From positions 1 to 52,007 of IMG/VR virus record IMGVR_UViG_3300042360_000367: a stretch of 52,007 nucleotides of DNA. One strand, written 5' to 3'. Below, one piece after another: positions 1 to 9,105 of the stretch (the first letter of the stretch is position 1; each line of letters starts with the position of its first letter). The notes beneath the pieces are model-generated. The model did not search any database, was not told the DNA's origin, and was given only the letters and a program-made list of their open reading frames with translations. A program made the translations under genes and the position numbers. Origin of the DNA: a virus (Duplodnaviria > Caudoviricetes).

Positions 1-159
1 GATGAGCTTGGTGCCGCCGGCCACGCGCAGGAGGTCCACGGTGTCGTTGAGGGCCAGCGCAGCGGGCAGCACGGTCGTGTCGTGTTCGAGCACGGCGTTG
101 CCGAAAGCCTGCATGTGCGCAGCGTTGTTGGAGAGGCCGTTGGCCTTGTACTGAGGCAT
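1..159 (-). CDS. Virion protein downstream of the capsid gene (possible decoration/cement protein), running off the window edge
   Basis: ATG at 159 preceded by GAAGGA; open frame MPQYKANGLSNNAAHMQAFGNAVLEHD... to position 1; directly follows the major capsid gene. Confidence 0.6.
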   Translation of the reverse strand, partial: MPQYKANGLSNNAAHMQAFGNAVLEHDTTVLPAALALNDTVDLLRVAGGTKLI

Positions 160-226
160 GGTGATTTCCTTCGGAAAGAGGAGGATGGCCGGCGCCGGAG
201 CGCCAGCCGTTCAGGGTTGCGGGGGA

Positions 227-1522
227 TCAGTTGCCGACGATGCGGCTCACCGAGTCGATGACGAACACGCCGTTGTCGGTCGCTTCCGCGTCACCGGCGG
301 CGTTCGGGAAGGCGAAGCGGAACTTCGCCTCGCCGCCCATGAACTCGCCCATGTACTCGTAGTTGCGGCCGGCGTTGTACTTGTTCTCGATGATGGCGGC
401 CTGCACGCCACTGTTCGAGGAGCCCTCGGCGCGCGCCAGGGCCTGCGCGCCCAGCAGCACCGCGCGTTCAACGCGGTGCGTGGTGCTCAGGCCTGCGGCC
501 ACCGTGCCCTCGGCTTCCGTCGCGGTCAGGCGGTTGGCCACCGGCACGTACTGGAACTTCGAGCCGGCGTTGAAGGCGATGGTGTGCTCCATCTTCTTCA
601 CGAGGATGCCGCGCCAGATGCCGCACTCGCCCATGAACAGCGCCGTGCCCTTGGCCCACTTCTGACGCTGCTCCACCGCGGCCTGGAAGGCGCGCAGGTT
701 GTTGCCCGCGCTGGCATCGGTGATGAGGTCGTTGTACTGGCCGGGGCTCAGGTACAGGCAGCCCTTGAGGGGGCTGTCATAGGCCTGATCGTCGCCGGTG
801 ATGCGCGGCGGCGGCAGCTTGGTGTCCAGGCTCTCCAGGTACAGGGCCAGGTTGTCCAGCGCCGCCAGGCTCCACTTGTCCGCGCTGTCGCAGGTCTGCA
901 GTTGCAGGCCGCCTTGCACGAGGTTGGTGCCGTCGATGACGAGGTGCCGGTTGTAGGTCGGCGCCTTCACCGGGTTCACCATGATCTCGGCGAAGTCCTC
1001 ATCGCTGGCCAGCGGGATGTCCCACGAGGAACCCGTCTGGAAGCCACGCGCGCCGGCCAGGTGGGTCAGTGCACGCTGCCAGATGAGGCGCGGGAAGTAG
1101 CCGGCGATGGCCGCGCGGGCGATGCGGCGCAGTTCGTGGCGGGTGCGCTGGCGGCTCATCTTGCCGCCGGCGTCCACGTTGAACGTGGCGAGGTCGATCA
1201 GCATGTCGAACGACGAAGAGCTCAGGCGCTTGCCTTTGCCCTCGGCGTTGCGGTCGCCCATGATGGGCTTGCCGCCGACGATGTTGAAGGCGTCGACCGT
1301 CACCTTGTCGCCCTTCGGGTCGGTGGACAGGTCGGTGATGCGCACGAACGGCATGTCAGCAGAGGTCTGCTGCTTCATGTTCGCTTCGGCGTCGCTCTGC
1401 TTCGGCGCGGGGCCGGTCAGGGCGTTGAGGTTGCCCGGGGCGCGGATCACCTGGGCGGTGACGGCCACGGAATACTGCTGCAGCGCGAGGTTCGCGCCGC
1501 GAGCGACGTTGGTTCCAGACAT
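227..1522 (-). CDS. Major capsid protein, N4-gp56/DUF4043-like
   Basis: 431 aa; motifs 'PFVRITDLS..KGDKVTVD', 'GDRNAEGKG', 'DAGGKMSRQRT', 'DNGVFVID'; position after portal and scaffold. Confidence 0.85.
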   Translation of the reverse strand: MSGTNVARGANLALQQYSVAVTAQVIRAPGNLNALTGPAPKQSDAEANMKQQTSADMPFVRITDLSTDPKGDKVTVDAFNIVGGKPIMGDRNAEGKGKRLSSSSFDMLIDLATFNVDAGGKMSRQRTRHELRRIARAAIAGYFPRLIWQRALTHLAGARGFQTGSSWDIPLASDEDFAEIMVNPVKAPTYNRHLVIDGTNLVQGGLQLQTCDSADKWSLAALDNLALYLESLDTKLPPPRITGDDQAYDSPLKGCLYLSPGQYNDLITDASAGNNLRAFQAAVEQRQKWAKGTALFMGECGIWRGILVKKMEHTIAFNAGSKFQYVPVANRLTATEAEGTVAAGLSTTHRVERAVLLGAQALARAEGSSNSGVQAAIIENKYNAGRNYEYMGEFMGGEAKFRFAFPNAAGDAEATDNGVFVIDSVSRIVGN

Positions 1523-1554
1523 GGTTCAGTTCCTTGAGGTTCGGATGGGTTGCT

Positions 1555-2550
1555 TCAGCCGAACTTGGCCAGGTGGTCCTCGATCTCCTGATCGGTCATC
1601 TCCTGCATGCGCGCCAGCATTCGCTGCGGTGGCATGCGGTCGAGCCGTTCTTCGGAGCCCGCGGCAGCACCGCCCTTCATGTCGCTCAGCGTGTTGGGCG
1701 TTTGACGCGCCGCGCGGCTGATGACTTCTTGAGGGTCGGCCCGGTTCGGGGTGGTTCTGGTGGTGCGTTGAGGGGCGGGTTCGTCCTCGATCTGGATGTC
1801 GTACTCATCGGCCACCAGGCGCGCGACGTGCGCAAAGCGCTCCGCCATGGGCTTGCCAGCCCACTTGCGCGAGTCCGAGAGCGCCACGTCCAGTTGCTGG
1901 GCGCGGCGGAACTTTTCGGGGTCGGTGGCTTGCCATGTGGCCAGGGCCGGCACGGCGTCGATGGCCGACTGCACGGGGTCGGCGTCTTCCTCGGCGGCTT
2001 CTTGGGCTGCAGGTGCCGCGGCGGTCTTGCCAGCGCCCTTCAGCGCTGCGAGCTCGTCACGGGTTTCCTTCAGCACCTTGGCCACGGCGGTAAGCGCGGG
2101 GAAGTCCTCGGCTGCATCGGCCAGCGCTTCGTCCAGGGGGTCGGCGGCTTCAGCGGCAGGCTTGCGCCCGGCTCTGAGGTCTTCGATCTCCTTGCGCAGG
2201 CGCTCGGCCTCCGCTTCGGCGGCCAGGCGCGCATCGCGCTCGCTGGCTTTATCGCGGCGGGCGGCTTGCAGCACCGCGTAGCTCAGCACCGTCTTCCCAT
2301 CCTTGCTCAGCACCCCGGAAGGGTTGGCCGGCTTTTCGGGCGTGGCGGCTGCGGGCGCAGCGGCGGCGGGTTCCTCGGCAGCGGTTGCTGCGGGTGCGTT
2401 TTCGGTTCCCTCGCCATCGTCGTCGTCACCCTGGGGGGCGGCGGCGCCATCGGCGTTGTCGTTGGCAGCGTCTTCTTCGGCTTGTGCCGCGTCCAGGGCC
2501 GCCTCGTACTCCGGGGTTCCGGGTTCCAGTTCGTTCAGGTTCACTCTCAC
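1555..2550 (-). CDS. Capsid scaffolding protein
   Basis: Acidic, Ala-rich N-terminus with coiled coil; lies between portal and capsid genes. Confidence 0.7.
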   Translation of the reverse strand: MRVNLNELEPGTPEYEAALDAAQAEEDAANDNADGAAAPQGDDDDGEGTENAPAATAAEEPAAAAPAAATPEKPANPSGVLSKDGKTVLSYAVLQAARRDKASERDARLAAEAEAERLRKEIEDLRAGRKPAAEAADPLDEALADAAEDFPALTAVAKVLKETRDELAALKGAGKTAAAPAAQEAAEEDADPVQSAIDAVPALATWQATDPEKFRRAQQLDVALSDSRKWAGKPMAERFAHVARLVADEYDIQIEDEPAPQRTTRTTPNRADPQEVISRAARQTPNTLSDMKGGAAAGSEERLDRMPPQRMLARMQEMTDQEIEDHLAKFG

Positions 2551-2587
2551 TCCTCATCCCGATTGACGGCCGGGTGCCAAGAACGAC

Positions 2588-2620
2588 AAAGCCCGCCGGG
2601 ATTGCTCCGGGCGGGCCTCG
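2588..2620 (-). terminator. Hairpin, possible intrinsic terminator or processing site between portal and scaffold
   Basis: Minus strand GCCCGCCCGGA-GCAA-TCCCGGCGGGC followed by TTTGTCGTT. Confidence 0.4.
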
Positions 2621-2732
2621 TGTTCGCCATCGCTGAATACCTCATCCACCCGGCGCGATGTAAGCCGGGCGGTGGGAACTTCCCCCTCTTACTCCCTGGC
2701 CGCGGGGGGCATGGCCAGGGACGAAACTGGTG

Positions 2733-4823
2733 TCAGGTCTGCGCGGCCTCGGCCAGCGCGGCCTCTAGGTCGGCGTCGCGGTTCGGCGTGGCCTCCTCGC
2801 GGTCGATGTTGTGCAGGTCGCGGGCCACGTTGTGGCCGATCTCGCGGGCCTTGGCGGCGTTGAGGGTGGCCACGGTATCGGCCACGCGCACGTCGGCGGT
2901 CAGCTTCGCCACCTCGGCCTCGGTCTTCGCGTCTTCCAGGGCCTTGGTCTTGGCCATCATTTCCTGCTGCTGCGCCTGCTGCTGCTGCTGCTGCTGGCGG
3001 TCGCCGGCAACCGGCACGCCCTTGGCGCGGCGCAGGTCGTCGGCAATGGCCTGGCGGTTGCTCAGGCTGCTGCCCTCGATGAACACCGGGCCCAGGATGG
3101 CCAGGGCCTGCGGGTCGCCGCGGAAGGCCTGCAGCATCGCGGCCACCTGTTGCTGCTCCTGCATGCGGAAGGCCGGGCTGGTCGGCACGTCGCTCAGGCC
3201 CACCTTCACCGGCGCGTCCTTCACGCGGTTGATCGGCGCACCGGTCTGCGCATCCCAGCTGTTGAGCACGATCACGCGCTTGTTCTGGCCGGCGCCCATG
3301 ACCACCTTCAGGTCTTCGTCGAGATGGTCTTCAACGATCATCTCCAGCACCTGCTCGTGCACCAGCTTGCGGCCAAAGCGGTAGTTGTCGTTGAGCTCGC
3401 CCATGGCGACGATGCCCTGCTCGGTCAGGCTGTTGATGGCCACGCCCGATGTCACGCCCTGCTGCGCCTGGCCGAGTTGCGTGCTGTAGACCCGTGGCAC
3501 CTCTTGGATCAGCGCCTTGCTGTCCTGCATCACGTCCACCTGAAACGGCTCCATGCGCAGGCCGTTGGCGATCTGGAAGGCGTTGGCGTTGCGCCGGTCA
3601 GGGTTCAGCACCGCCACCATATCCGGGCGGTTCATGGTCTTGGTGATGTCGGCGATGTTGTTGTATTCCTCGTCCAGCGCGTCCGAGTCCGCCACCAGTT
3701 GCCGCGCCTTGAGCATCCAGTTGATCATCTGGCGGCGCTCGTTGTACTCGTCCTGCGGGGTAATCATCCCTTCGATCAGGCCGTAGGGCGTGCGGTCCTC
3801 GTCGTCGCGGAAGGCGAAAAACGGCACGTAGGGGAAGTGCCGGCGGCGCGTGCCCTGGTCCAGCAGGCGGTGCGGGCCAGCGAACAGGGCCATGCGCACC
3901 TGCCGGGTGATGGCGCGGCTGATCTTGACCGTGCCGCGGCTCACCGCTTCGATGTGCAGCGGGTTGGTTTCGTCGTAGGCCAGGCGCTTGCCGGGGCCGA
4001 CGTGCAGCACCACCGTCTCGGCGGGCACCCGGTACCAGACTTCGTACATCTTGATGCGCTGGCGGCGCGTGTCGGCCCACTCGTCGCGGCGGATGCGCGT
4101 GCGGCGCTCGTTGCTGTAGCTGCGGTACAGGATGTTGTCGTGGTCCTCGGGCAGCGCGATGAGATCCCAGCCGTTCAGCGCCTGCTCAAGGATGCGGCGG
4201 TGCTCGGGCATCCAGGCGATGGCCTCGTCCAAGTCCATCCAGCGCTTGCGCACCAGCCAGCGGGCATCCTTCAGGCCCAGGTCGGTGGCGCGCATGTCCC
4301 ACCAGATTTCCGAGCGGTGCACGTCGGTCACGCGATACGGGTAGTCCAGCGGGTCGGCCGCGCGGCTGACTTCCACCCAGCCAATGCCGCCCTTGACCTG
4401 GCCGGCGTAGCCGTTGCTCACGGCCATGTCGATGTTGGCCTCGCGCGTGGCCTCCTTGTGCTTCTTGCTCAGGACATCGGCCACGTCCTGAAAGTCGTCG
4501 TCGTCGGCCTCGATGCGCACGTCACTGCGCGCCTTGGCTTCCTGGCCCAGCACGCCGTTGACCACCCCGTGGATGAGGTTGATCTGGCGCGGCTCGATGC
4601 CCCACTCGGTGCGGATCTTGTGCTCGGCCTCGGGCGTGAGCTGCTTGCCCATGTCGTAGTAGGCATGGGCCCGGTCGCTGCGGTCGCGCCAGTCGGGTTG
4701 GCTCTCGCAGTCCGACACCAGTTCCTCCAGCGCGTGGAGCGAGTAGCCATCCCTGGCTTCGTCGCGGGCGCTGGCGGCACCGTGCTCGCGCACAGGCTTG
4801 AGGGGGCGGGTTTCAAGCTGCAT
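2733..4823 (-). CDS. Portal protein (P22-like podoviral)
   Basis: Likely start MQLETRPLK at 4823, just after the TerL stop; motifs 'INLIHGVVNGVLGQE', 'GIGWVEV', 'PYVPFF', 'PQDEYNERR'; ~696 aa with Gln-rich C-terminal coiled coil. Confidence 0.85.
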   Translation of the reverse strand: MQLETRPLKPVREHGAASARDEARDGYSLHALEELVSDCESQPDWRDRSDRAHAYYDMGKQLTPEAEHKIRTEWGIEPRQINLIHGVVNGVLGQEAKARSDVRIEADDDDFQDVADVLSKKHKEATREANIDMAVSNGYAGQVKGGIGWVEVSRAADPLDYPYRVTDVHRSEIWWDMRATDLGLKDARWLVRKRWMDLDEAIAWMPEHRRILEQALNGWDLIALPEDHDNILYRSYSNERRTRIRRDEWADTRRQRIKMYEVWYRVPAETVVLHVGPGKRLAYDETNPLHIEAVSRGTVKISRAITRQVRMALFAGPHRLLDQGTRRRHFPYVPFFAFRDDEDRTPYGLIEGMITPQDEYNERRQMINWMLKARQLVADSDALDEEYNNIADITKTMNRPDMVAVLNPDRRNANAFQIANGLRMEPFQVDVMQDSKALIQEVPRVYSTQLGQAQQGVTSGVAINSLTEQGIVAMGELNDNYRFGRKLVHEQVLEMIVEDHLDEDLKVVMGAGQNKRVIVLNSWDAQTGAPINRVKDAPVKVGLSDVPTSPAFRMQEQQQVAAMLQAFRGDPQALAILGPVFIEGSSLSNRQAIADDLRRAKGVPVAGDRQQQQQQQAQQQEMMAKTKALEDAKTEAEVAKLTADVRVADTVATLNAAKAREIGHNVARDLHNIDREEATPNRDADLEAALAEAAQT

Positions 4824-4834
4824 CGTGGGCTTTC

Positions 4835-6313
4835 TCAGTCTTCCAGGCCGCGGAGTTGGCGGTAGGCGCTCGCGCCCTTGGAGTTGTTCACGCGCGCCAC
4901 TTGGATGCCGCTGACCACGAGGTATCGAGTTGCGTCCATGGCGTGGTCTTTCTCTTTGACGATGTTCCCGCGCTCGTCGCGCCGGTAGATGCGGTACTCG
5001 CTCAGCCAAGGCTTGAGGCTGCGAAACACCTTCAGCCGGCCGGTGGCTAGGCGCTGGTGCACCTCGTACAGGCCCGACTCGCGGCTGTTGTCCGCTTCGA
5101 TCAGGGGCAGGCCCAGGTCGCGGTAGATCTGCAGCAGCTGCTCGCCGTCCTTCTGGCTGCGGCCGCGGCTGGCCGGGTCGATCACGCCGGGTATCCACTT
5201 CCCGCGGGCGTGGATGCCAGCAACGTGGGTGCTGGGCTCCTGCTGGCCTTGGTAGTGCAGGCTGTAGAGGTACAGGCAATCGGAATCGCGGTCCAGCGCG
5301 CCGAACACGGCCGCGGTGCAGTTCCATCCCACGTCCAGGCCGTAGGCACGCGGCCAGTGGTCGGGGATGGCGAAGTCGTCCACCACGATCTGTTCTTCGG
5401 GCACCGGGTAGATGGCCCCGCTGCCAATGCTCGGGATGCCCTTGGAGCGCGCCTCCACCAAGTGCGGCTCGGCGTCGGCCAGCATCCGGCGCTTCTGGTC
5501 TGCGCTCAGGTGTGGCACGTCATCCCAGCCGGCCATCACGATGCCGCGGTCGCCGTTGATGCCGCGGCGGCCATCGGGGATGGCGGCATCCTCGCCCAGG
5601 TACTTCAGCACGTTGGGCGTCAGGCCCCGCAGCGGGGTGAACGTCTCGATCAGCAGCCCGTTCGTGGTCATCAGGCGCATGACGCACTCAGCCCGGATGC
5701 CCTCGTTGCTCTCCTCGTCCAGCCAGATGAGGTCTTTCTCGGTGCCCTGGAAGGCCTTGCGGCCCTGCTCGTAGCTCTTGAACGCTAGGCGGGATACCCC
5801 GCCGCTGATGTGGCGCACCTCGATGTAGTCCAGCGCCCCGTTCCCGTTGGGTCTGCGCACGGTGCGGATCAGGTCGTCGGCGGGGATCAGTCCAGTGCCG
5901 TAGTCGCTTTCCGGGCCCACCATCTTGTCCTGAATGATGTCCCGCACCGTTTCGTTGGTGTCGCCGGCCGCCCATGCGTCGATCGGCTTGTCGAATCGGT
6001 AGCCAGGCCACCAATCGGGATAGCGCCCGGTCAGGTGCAGCGTGGTTTCGTAACCTCCCCCGCCCTCGGTCTTGCCCACCCGGTTGGCGGCCATGAAGCA
6101 CCGGCTCGGCACCGTGGCGCCCAGCTTGAAGAACTCCATGTGCTGCACGTAGAGCTCGCGGCGCAGCGGGCCGGTGTCCGGGAAGTAGCTCCAGAGCTTG
6201 CGGCGCCGCGCCCGGCGCTCTCTCTCTTCCAGCAGTGCCAGCAGTTCAAGGCGCGCGGCCCGGGACTGCGGGATGGTTTCAGGCGGGCAGGCGAGCACGG
6301 AGGCGGGCTTCAA
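4835..6313 (-). CDS. terL: Terminase large subunit
   Basis: Walker A-like 'AANRVGKT', Walker B 'IWLDEE', nuclease motifs 'GLDVGW' and 'DHAMDATRY'; exact start uncertain. Confidence 0.92.
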   Translation of the reverse strand: MKPASVLACPPETIPQSRAARLELLALLEERERRARRRKLWSYFPDTGPLRRELYVQHMEFFKLGATVPSRCFMAANRVGKTEGGGGYETTLHLTGRYPDWWPGYRFDKPIDAWAAGDTNETVRDIIQDKMVGPESDYGTGLIPADDLIRTVRRPNGNGALDYIEVRHISGGVSRLAFKSYEQGRKAFQGTEKDLIWLDEESNEGIRAECVMRLMTTNGLLIETFTPLRGLTPNVLKYLGEDAAIPDGRRGINGDRGIVMAGWDDVPHLSADQKRRMLADAEPHLVEARSKGIPSIGSGAIYPVPEEQIVVDDFAIPDHWPRAYGLDVGWNCTAAVFGALDRDSDCLYLYSLHYQGQQEPSTHVAGIHARGKWIPGVIDPASRGRSQKDGEQLLQIYRDLGLPLIEADNSRESGLYEVHQRLATGRLKVFRSLKPWLSEYRIYRRDERGNIVKEKDHAMDATRYLVVSGIQVARVNNSKGASAYRQLRGLED

Positions 6314-6923
6314 TCTCTTCGTCGCTCAGGTCTTCGAGCGGCGTCTTGGGCTTTTCCTCCACGCCGATGCCGTAGGCCTCGCGCTCCAGCGCAATCAGCA
6401 CCCGCAGCGCCTCGGCCAGTTCCTTCACGCCCTTGATGCGCTGCGGCAGGCTGATGGCCTTGTGATAGGCCTCGTTCAGCTTGTCCTGGCCGCGCTCGTC
6501 GGGGTTGCGCAGCAGCTCGCCCAGGCTCTCGAACACGGCCGGGTCTGCGGCCTCCGCCTCGCACTCGGCAAGCAGGCGGATCACCAGGCTGCGCATGCGG
6601 GTGATGTCGCCGCGGTGCGCTAGGCGGATGGCTGCCACGTCGGCCGCTGCGGTCGCCACGATCTCGGCGGTGGTGACAGTCGTTTCCGCTGACACCTTCC
6701 CTGTCACCATGGCCTGTGCAACCATGGCGTCGGCCTTGGCCATCACCTTGGCGCGAAGGTCGCGCGGCACGCCCAGCTTCTCGAAGTGCTTGATGATGGC
6801 CGAGCGCGAAACCTTGATGCCGGTCTTCTCGGTGTACTCGGCGGCAAGCTGCTGCGGGCTCTTCAGCCCAGCGCGCCAGCCGGGCTCGATGGCCTCGTAG
6901 TCGACTTTCTTGGGGGCTGCCAT
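6279..6923 (-). CDS. terS: Terminase small subunit
   Basis: N-terminal HTH-like 'VDYEAIEPGWRAGLKS..QLAAEY....VSRSAIIK'; C-terminal 'LEREAYGI..LEDLSDEEI'; directly upstream of terL. Confidence 0.75.
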   Translation of the reverse strand: MAAPKKVDYEAIEPGWRAGLKSPQQLAAEYTEKTGIKVSRSAIIKHFEKLGVPRDLRAKVMAKADAMVAQAMVTGKVSAETTVTTAEIVATAAADVAAIRLAHRGDITRMRSLVIRLLAECEAEAADPAVFESLGELLRNPDERGQDKLNEAYHKAISLPQRIKGVKELAEALRVLIALEREAYGIGVEEKPKTPLEDLSDEEIEARLRARLPA

Positions 6924-6939
6924 GTTCAGGCCTGGCGCT

Positions 6940-7233
6940 TCAGGGCTTGCGCTCGCGCAGTTGATCCACCCCGCGGCGGATCTCCTTCATGTCGCCCTTG
7001 ATCTCCAAGATGGCGTTGCCGGTGCGGTTCTTCTCGGCCTCGAACTCGCGGGCGAGCATTTCCACGCGCATGTTCTGCACGGCTTGGGCTTCCTTGAGGT
7101 CGTGATAGGCCACGCTGCCCGCGGCCATGAAGCCCAGGAACGTCAAGATATGCCCTAAGTTGACCGTTGGGTCGAAGACCACCCTTCCCCGTTTCGGTCC
7201 ATGTTCGGGGGCGTCGTCAGGGGTGGTGCTCAT
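6940..7233 (-). CDS. Small membrane protein (one TM helix plus coiled coil)
   Basis: 'FDPTVNLGHILTFLGFMAAGSVAY' hydrophobic segment followed by a coiled coil. Confidence 0.6.
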   Translation of the reverse strand: MSTTPDDAPEHGPKRGRVVFDPTVNLGHILTFLGFMAAGSVAYHDLKEAQAVQNMRVEMLAREFEAEKNRTGNAILEIKGDMKEIRRGVDQLRERKP

Positions 7234-7242
7234 GCGAGGCTT

Positions 7243-9096
7243 TCAAGTGGGATTGCTGCGAAGCCGATTGCGCTCGCTGCGCGGTCCGGCCTGGGTGGAG
7301 TGCATCAGCCGGCGGGTCTTCGCTTCCCGGTTGAGTGCTTGGGCCATGGCTGGGTCACTCCATGGTTTGGTCTTGTCGCCGTAGAGCTCGGCTAGGGCCG
7401 CGGCCTCGATGGCCTCTTGGTGCTCTACGTACAGCAGGTACTCGATGCCTTCCAGCGTCTCGTCCGGCGCGACGGCGGCATTGATCGTGATGGCCTGGCC
7501 TGCCACCGTGGGCGTGGGCCAGATAAGCACGCTGCTGGTGCCGTTCACGGCAATGCAGGTGTCCGGCGTCGGGTTGGTGTCACGCGGGATCTCAACCGCG
7601 GCGTAGCGTTGGATCTCGGTGGCGGCTTCTTCGCCCACCCGGGCGTCAGGTACGCCCACCAACTGCACTCCGCTGGGCAGGGGCACCACGTAGACAGACT
7701 GCCCGGCCACGGTTGCCCCGAGTGAGATCCCGTTGAGCCGGTAGGCGCGGGTCTTGGTGAAGTGGCGCCGTGTGGCCTCCTGCAGAGCCTCCATGATCGA
7801 CGGCAGCAGCGCGTCGGGCATCTTGGGCGTCAGGTCTGCGGCCCAGGTCATCCACGGCTTGATGTTCGGGGGCGCCAGCAGCACCGCACCGTTGCTGATG
7901 GCCTCTCCGGCGCTGTTGGAAACCAGCACGCTGAAAGTTGCACCGCTGTCGCTTTGCGTAGGGGTGAAGCTGAAGGAGGCCTGCGTCGCGCCGGCGATGT
8001 CGATGCCGTTGCGCCTCCACTGGTAGGCAAGCGGCGCCGTGCCGGTGGCCGCAACGCTGAACGTAACCGGCTGGCCTTCGGTCACGGTCTGCGAAGCCGG
8101 CTGTGTGGCGATGCTCGGCGCCACCGCTGCGGCCGTCACCGTCAGGGTCACGGCGTTGGTGGTCACTGCCCCGGCGCTGTTGGTGGCCGTGGCGGTGAAG
8201 ATGGCGCCGCTGTCGCCCAGGGTCGAAGTCAGCGTGTAGCTGGCCCCGGTGGCACCGGAGATGGGCGCACCGTTGCGCGTCCACTGGATGGTCGGGGCCG
8301 GGGTGCCGCTGAACGCCGCGGTGAAGGTTGCGGGCAGGCCGGCCACCACGCTCTGGCTGGAAGGCTGTGAAGTCACGGCCGGCGCGATGCCCAGCAGGGT
8401 CACGCTCGCGCTCAGCGCCGGGCTGAAGTTGCCCGCTGCGTCGCGGCACCGCATCTCCAGCAGGTCGGTCGATGCTGGCGTGCGGCCCGTGAAGACCACC
8501 GAACGGCCGCCTCCGGCGATTTCAGTCCACGCGCCGGCACCACCCAGGCGCCACTGGTACGCGGTCACGCCAAAGGCGTCGGAGCCTGCCGGGCAGGTCG
8601 CGGTGTACCCGGTGCTGCTCAGACCCGTGATGGCGATGACGCCCGAGAGCCCCGGCGCATCCGTGTCGGTCGGGGCACCAGGGATGACTGCACCACCGCT
8701 GGCCACGTTGTCCTGCCACCACGGGCTGCCGGCCACGTAGATGCTGTTCGCACCGTAGCGCTCGGCGCGCACCTGCACCTCCATGTTGGTGGCTGGCGCC
8801 AGGCCCGTGGCTGCGAACGTCGAATTGCCAGGCGGCACCGGGTTGGTGTCGCCGGTTGCGTCAGCCCAGGTGCCCCCCACCTCGCGCACCTGAATGCGGT
8901 GGTGGGCGGTGGCGCCGCTGTTGTCCGTGAACGAGATGGTCGCCGTCGACCCGCTGGCCGGCTCGCCAACAATGCCCGTTGGAGCCGATGGCGTGACGAT
9001 GGCCGGCGTGTCGCCCAGCTGCACCCAGCTGAACTCCACCACCACGGGTGGCGCTGGTTCGCCAAGCTGTGCCCACGAAAACTCAACGACGGCCAT
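7243..9096 (-). CDS. Virion protein with FN3/Ig-like repeats and a C-terminal head-tail adaptor-like domain
   Basis: Two I-set-like repeats ('QP.SQ.V..G..ATF.....GT.....QW.RNG..I.GAT..S') preceded by FN3-like segments; C-terminal ~205 aa of different character. Confidence 0.65.
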   Translation of the reverse strand: MAVVEFSWAQLGEPAPPVVVEFSWVQLGDTPAIVTPSAPTGIVGEPASGSTATISFTDNSGATAHHRIQVREVGGTWADATGDTNPVPPGNSTFAATGLAPATNMEVQVRAERYGANSIYVAGSPWWQDNVASGGAVIPGAPTDTDAPGLSGVIAITGLSSTGYTATCPAGSDAFGVTAYQWRLGGAGAWTEIAGGGRSVVFTGRTPASTDLLEMRCRDAAGNFSPALSASVTLLGIAPAVTSQPSSQSVVAGLPATFTAAFSGTPAPTIQWTRNGAPISGATGASYTLTSTLGDSGAIFTATATNSAGAVTTNAVTLTVTAAAVAPSIATQPASQTVTEGQPVTFSVAATGTAPLAYQWRRNGIDIAGATQASFSFTPTQSDSGATFSVLVSNSAGEAISNGAVLLAPPNIKPWMTWAADLTPKMPDALLPSIMEALQEATRRHFTKTRAYRLNGISLGATVAGQSVYVVPLPSGVQLVGVPDARVGEEAATEIQRYAAVEIPRDTNPTPDTCIAVNGTSSVLIWPTPTVAGQAITINAAVAPDETLEGIEYLLYVEHQEAIEAAALAELYGDKTKPWSDPAMAQALNREAKTRRLMHSTQAGPRSERNRLRSNPT

Positions 9097-9105
9097 GGTC
9101 GGTCC

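Noticed and set aside
2964-2996. CAG/poly-Gln tract in the portal gene as a contingency locus
   Set aside because: Short in-frame tract within the Gln-rich coiled-coil tail common in P22-like portals
158-4865. Long + strand ORFs (158-1537, 1534-3384, 2811-4865) and similar ones opposite the giant gene
   Set aside because: Antisense shadows of high-GC genes with no recognisable motifs
4824-5327. N-terminal extension of the portal ORF given by the ORF track
   Set aside because: It overlaps terL in another frame and is low-complexity; the real start is more likely 4823
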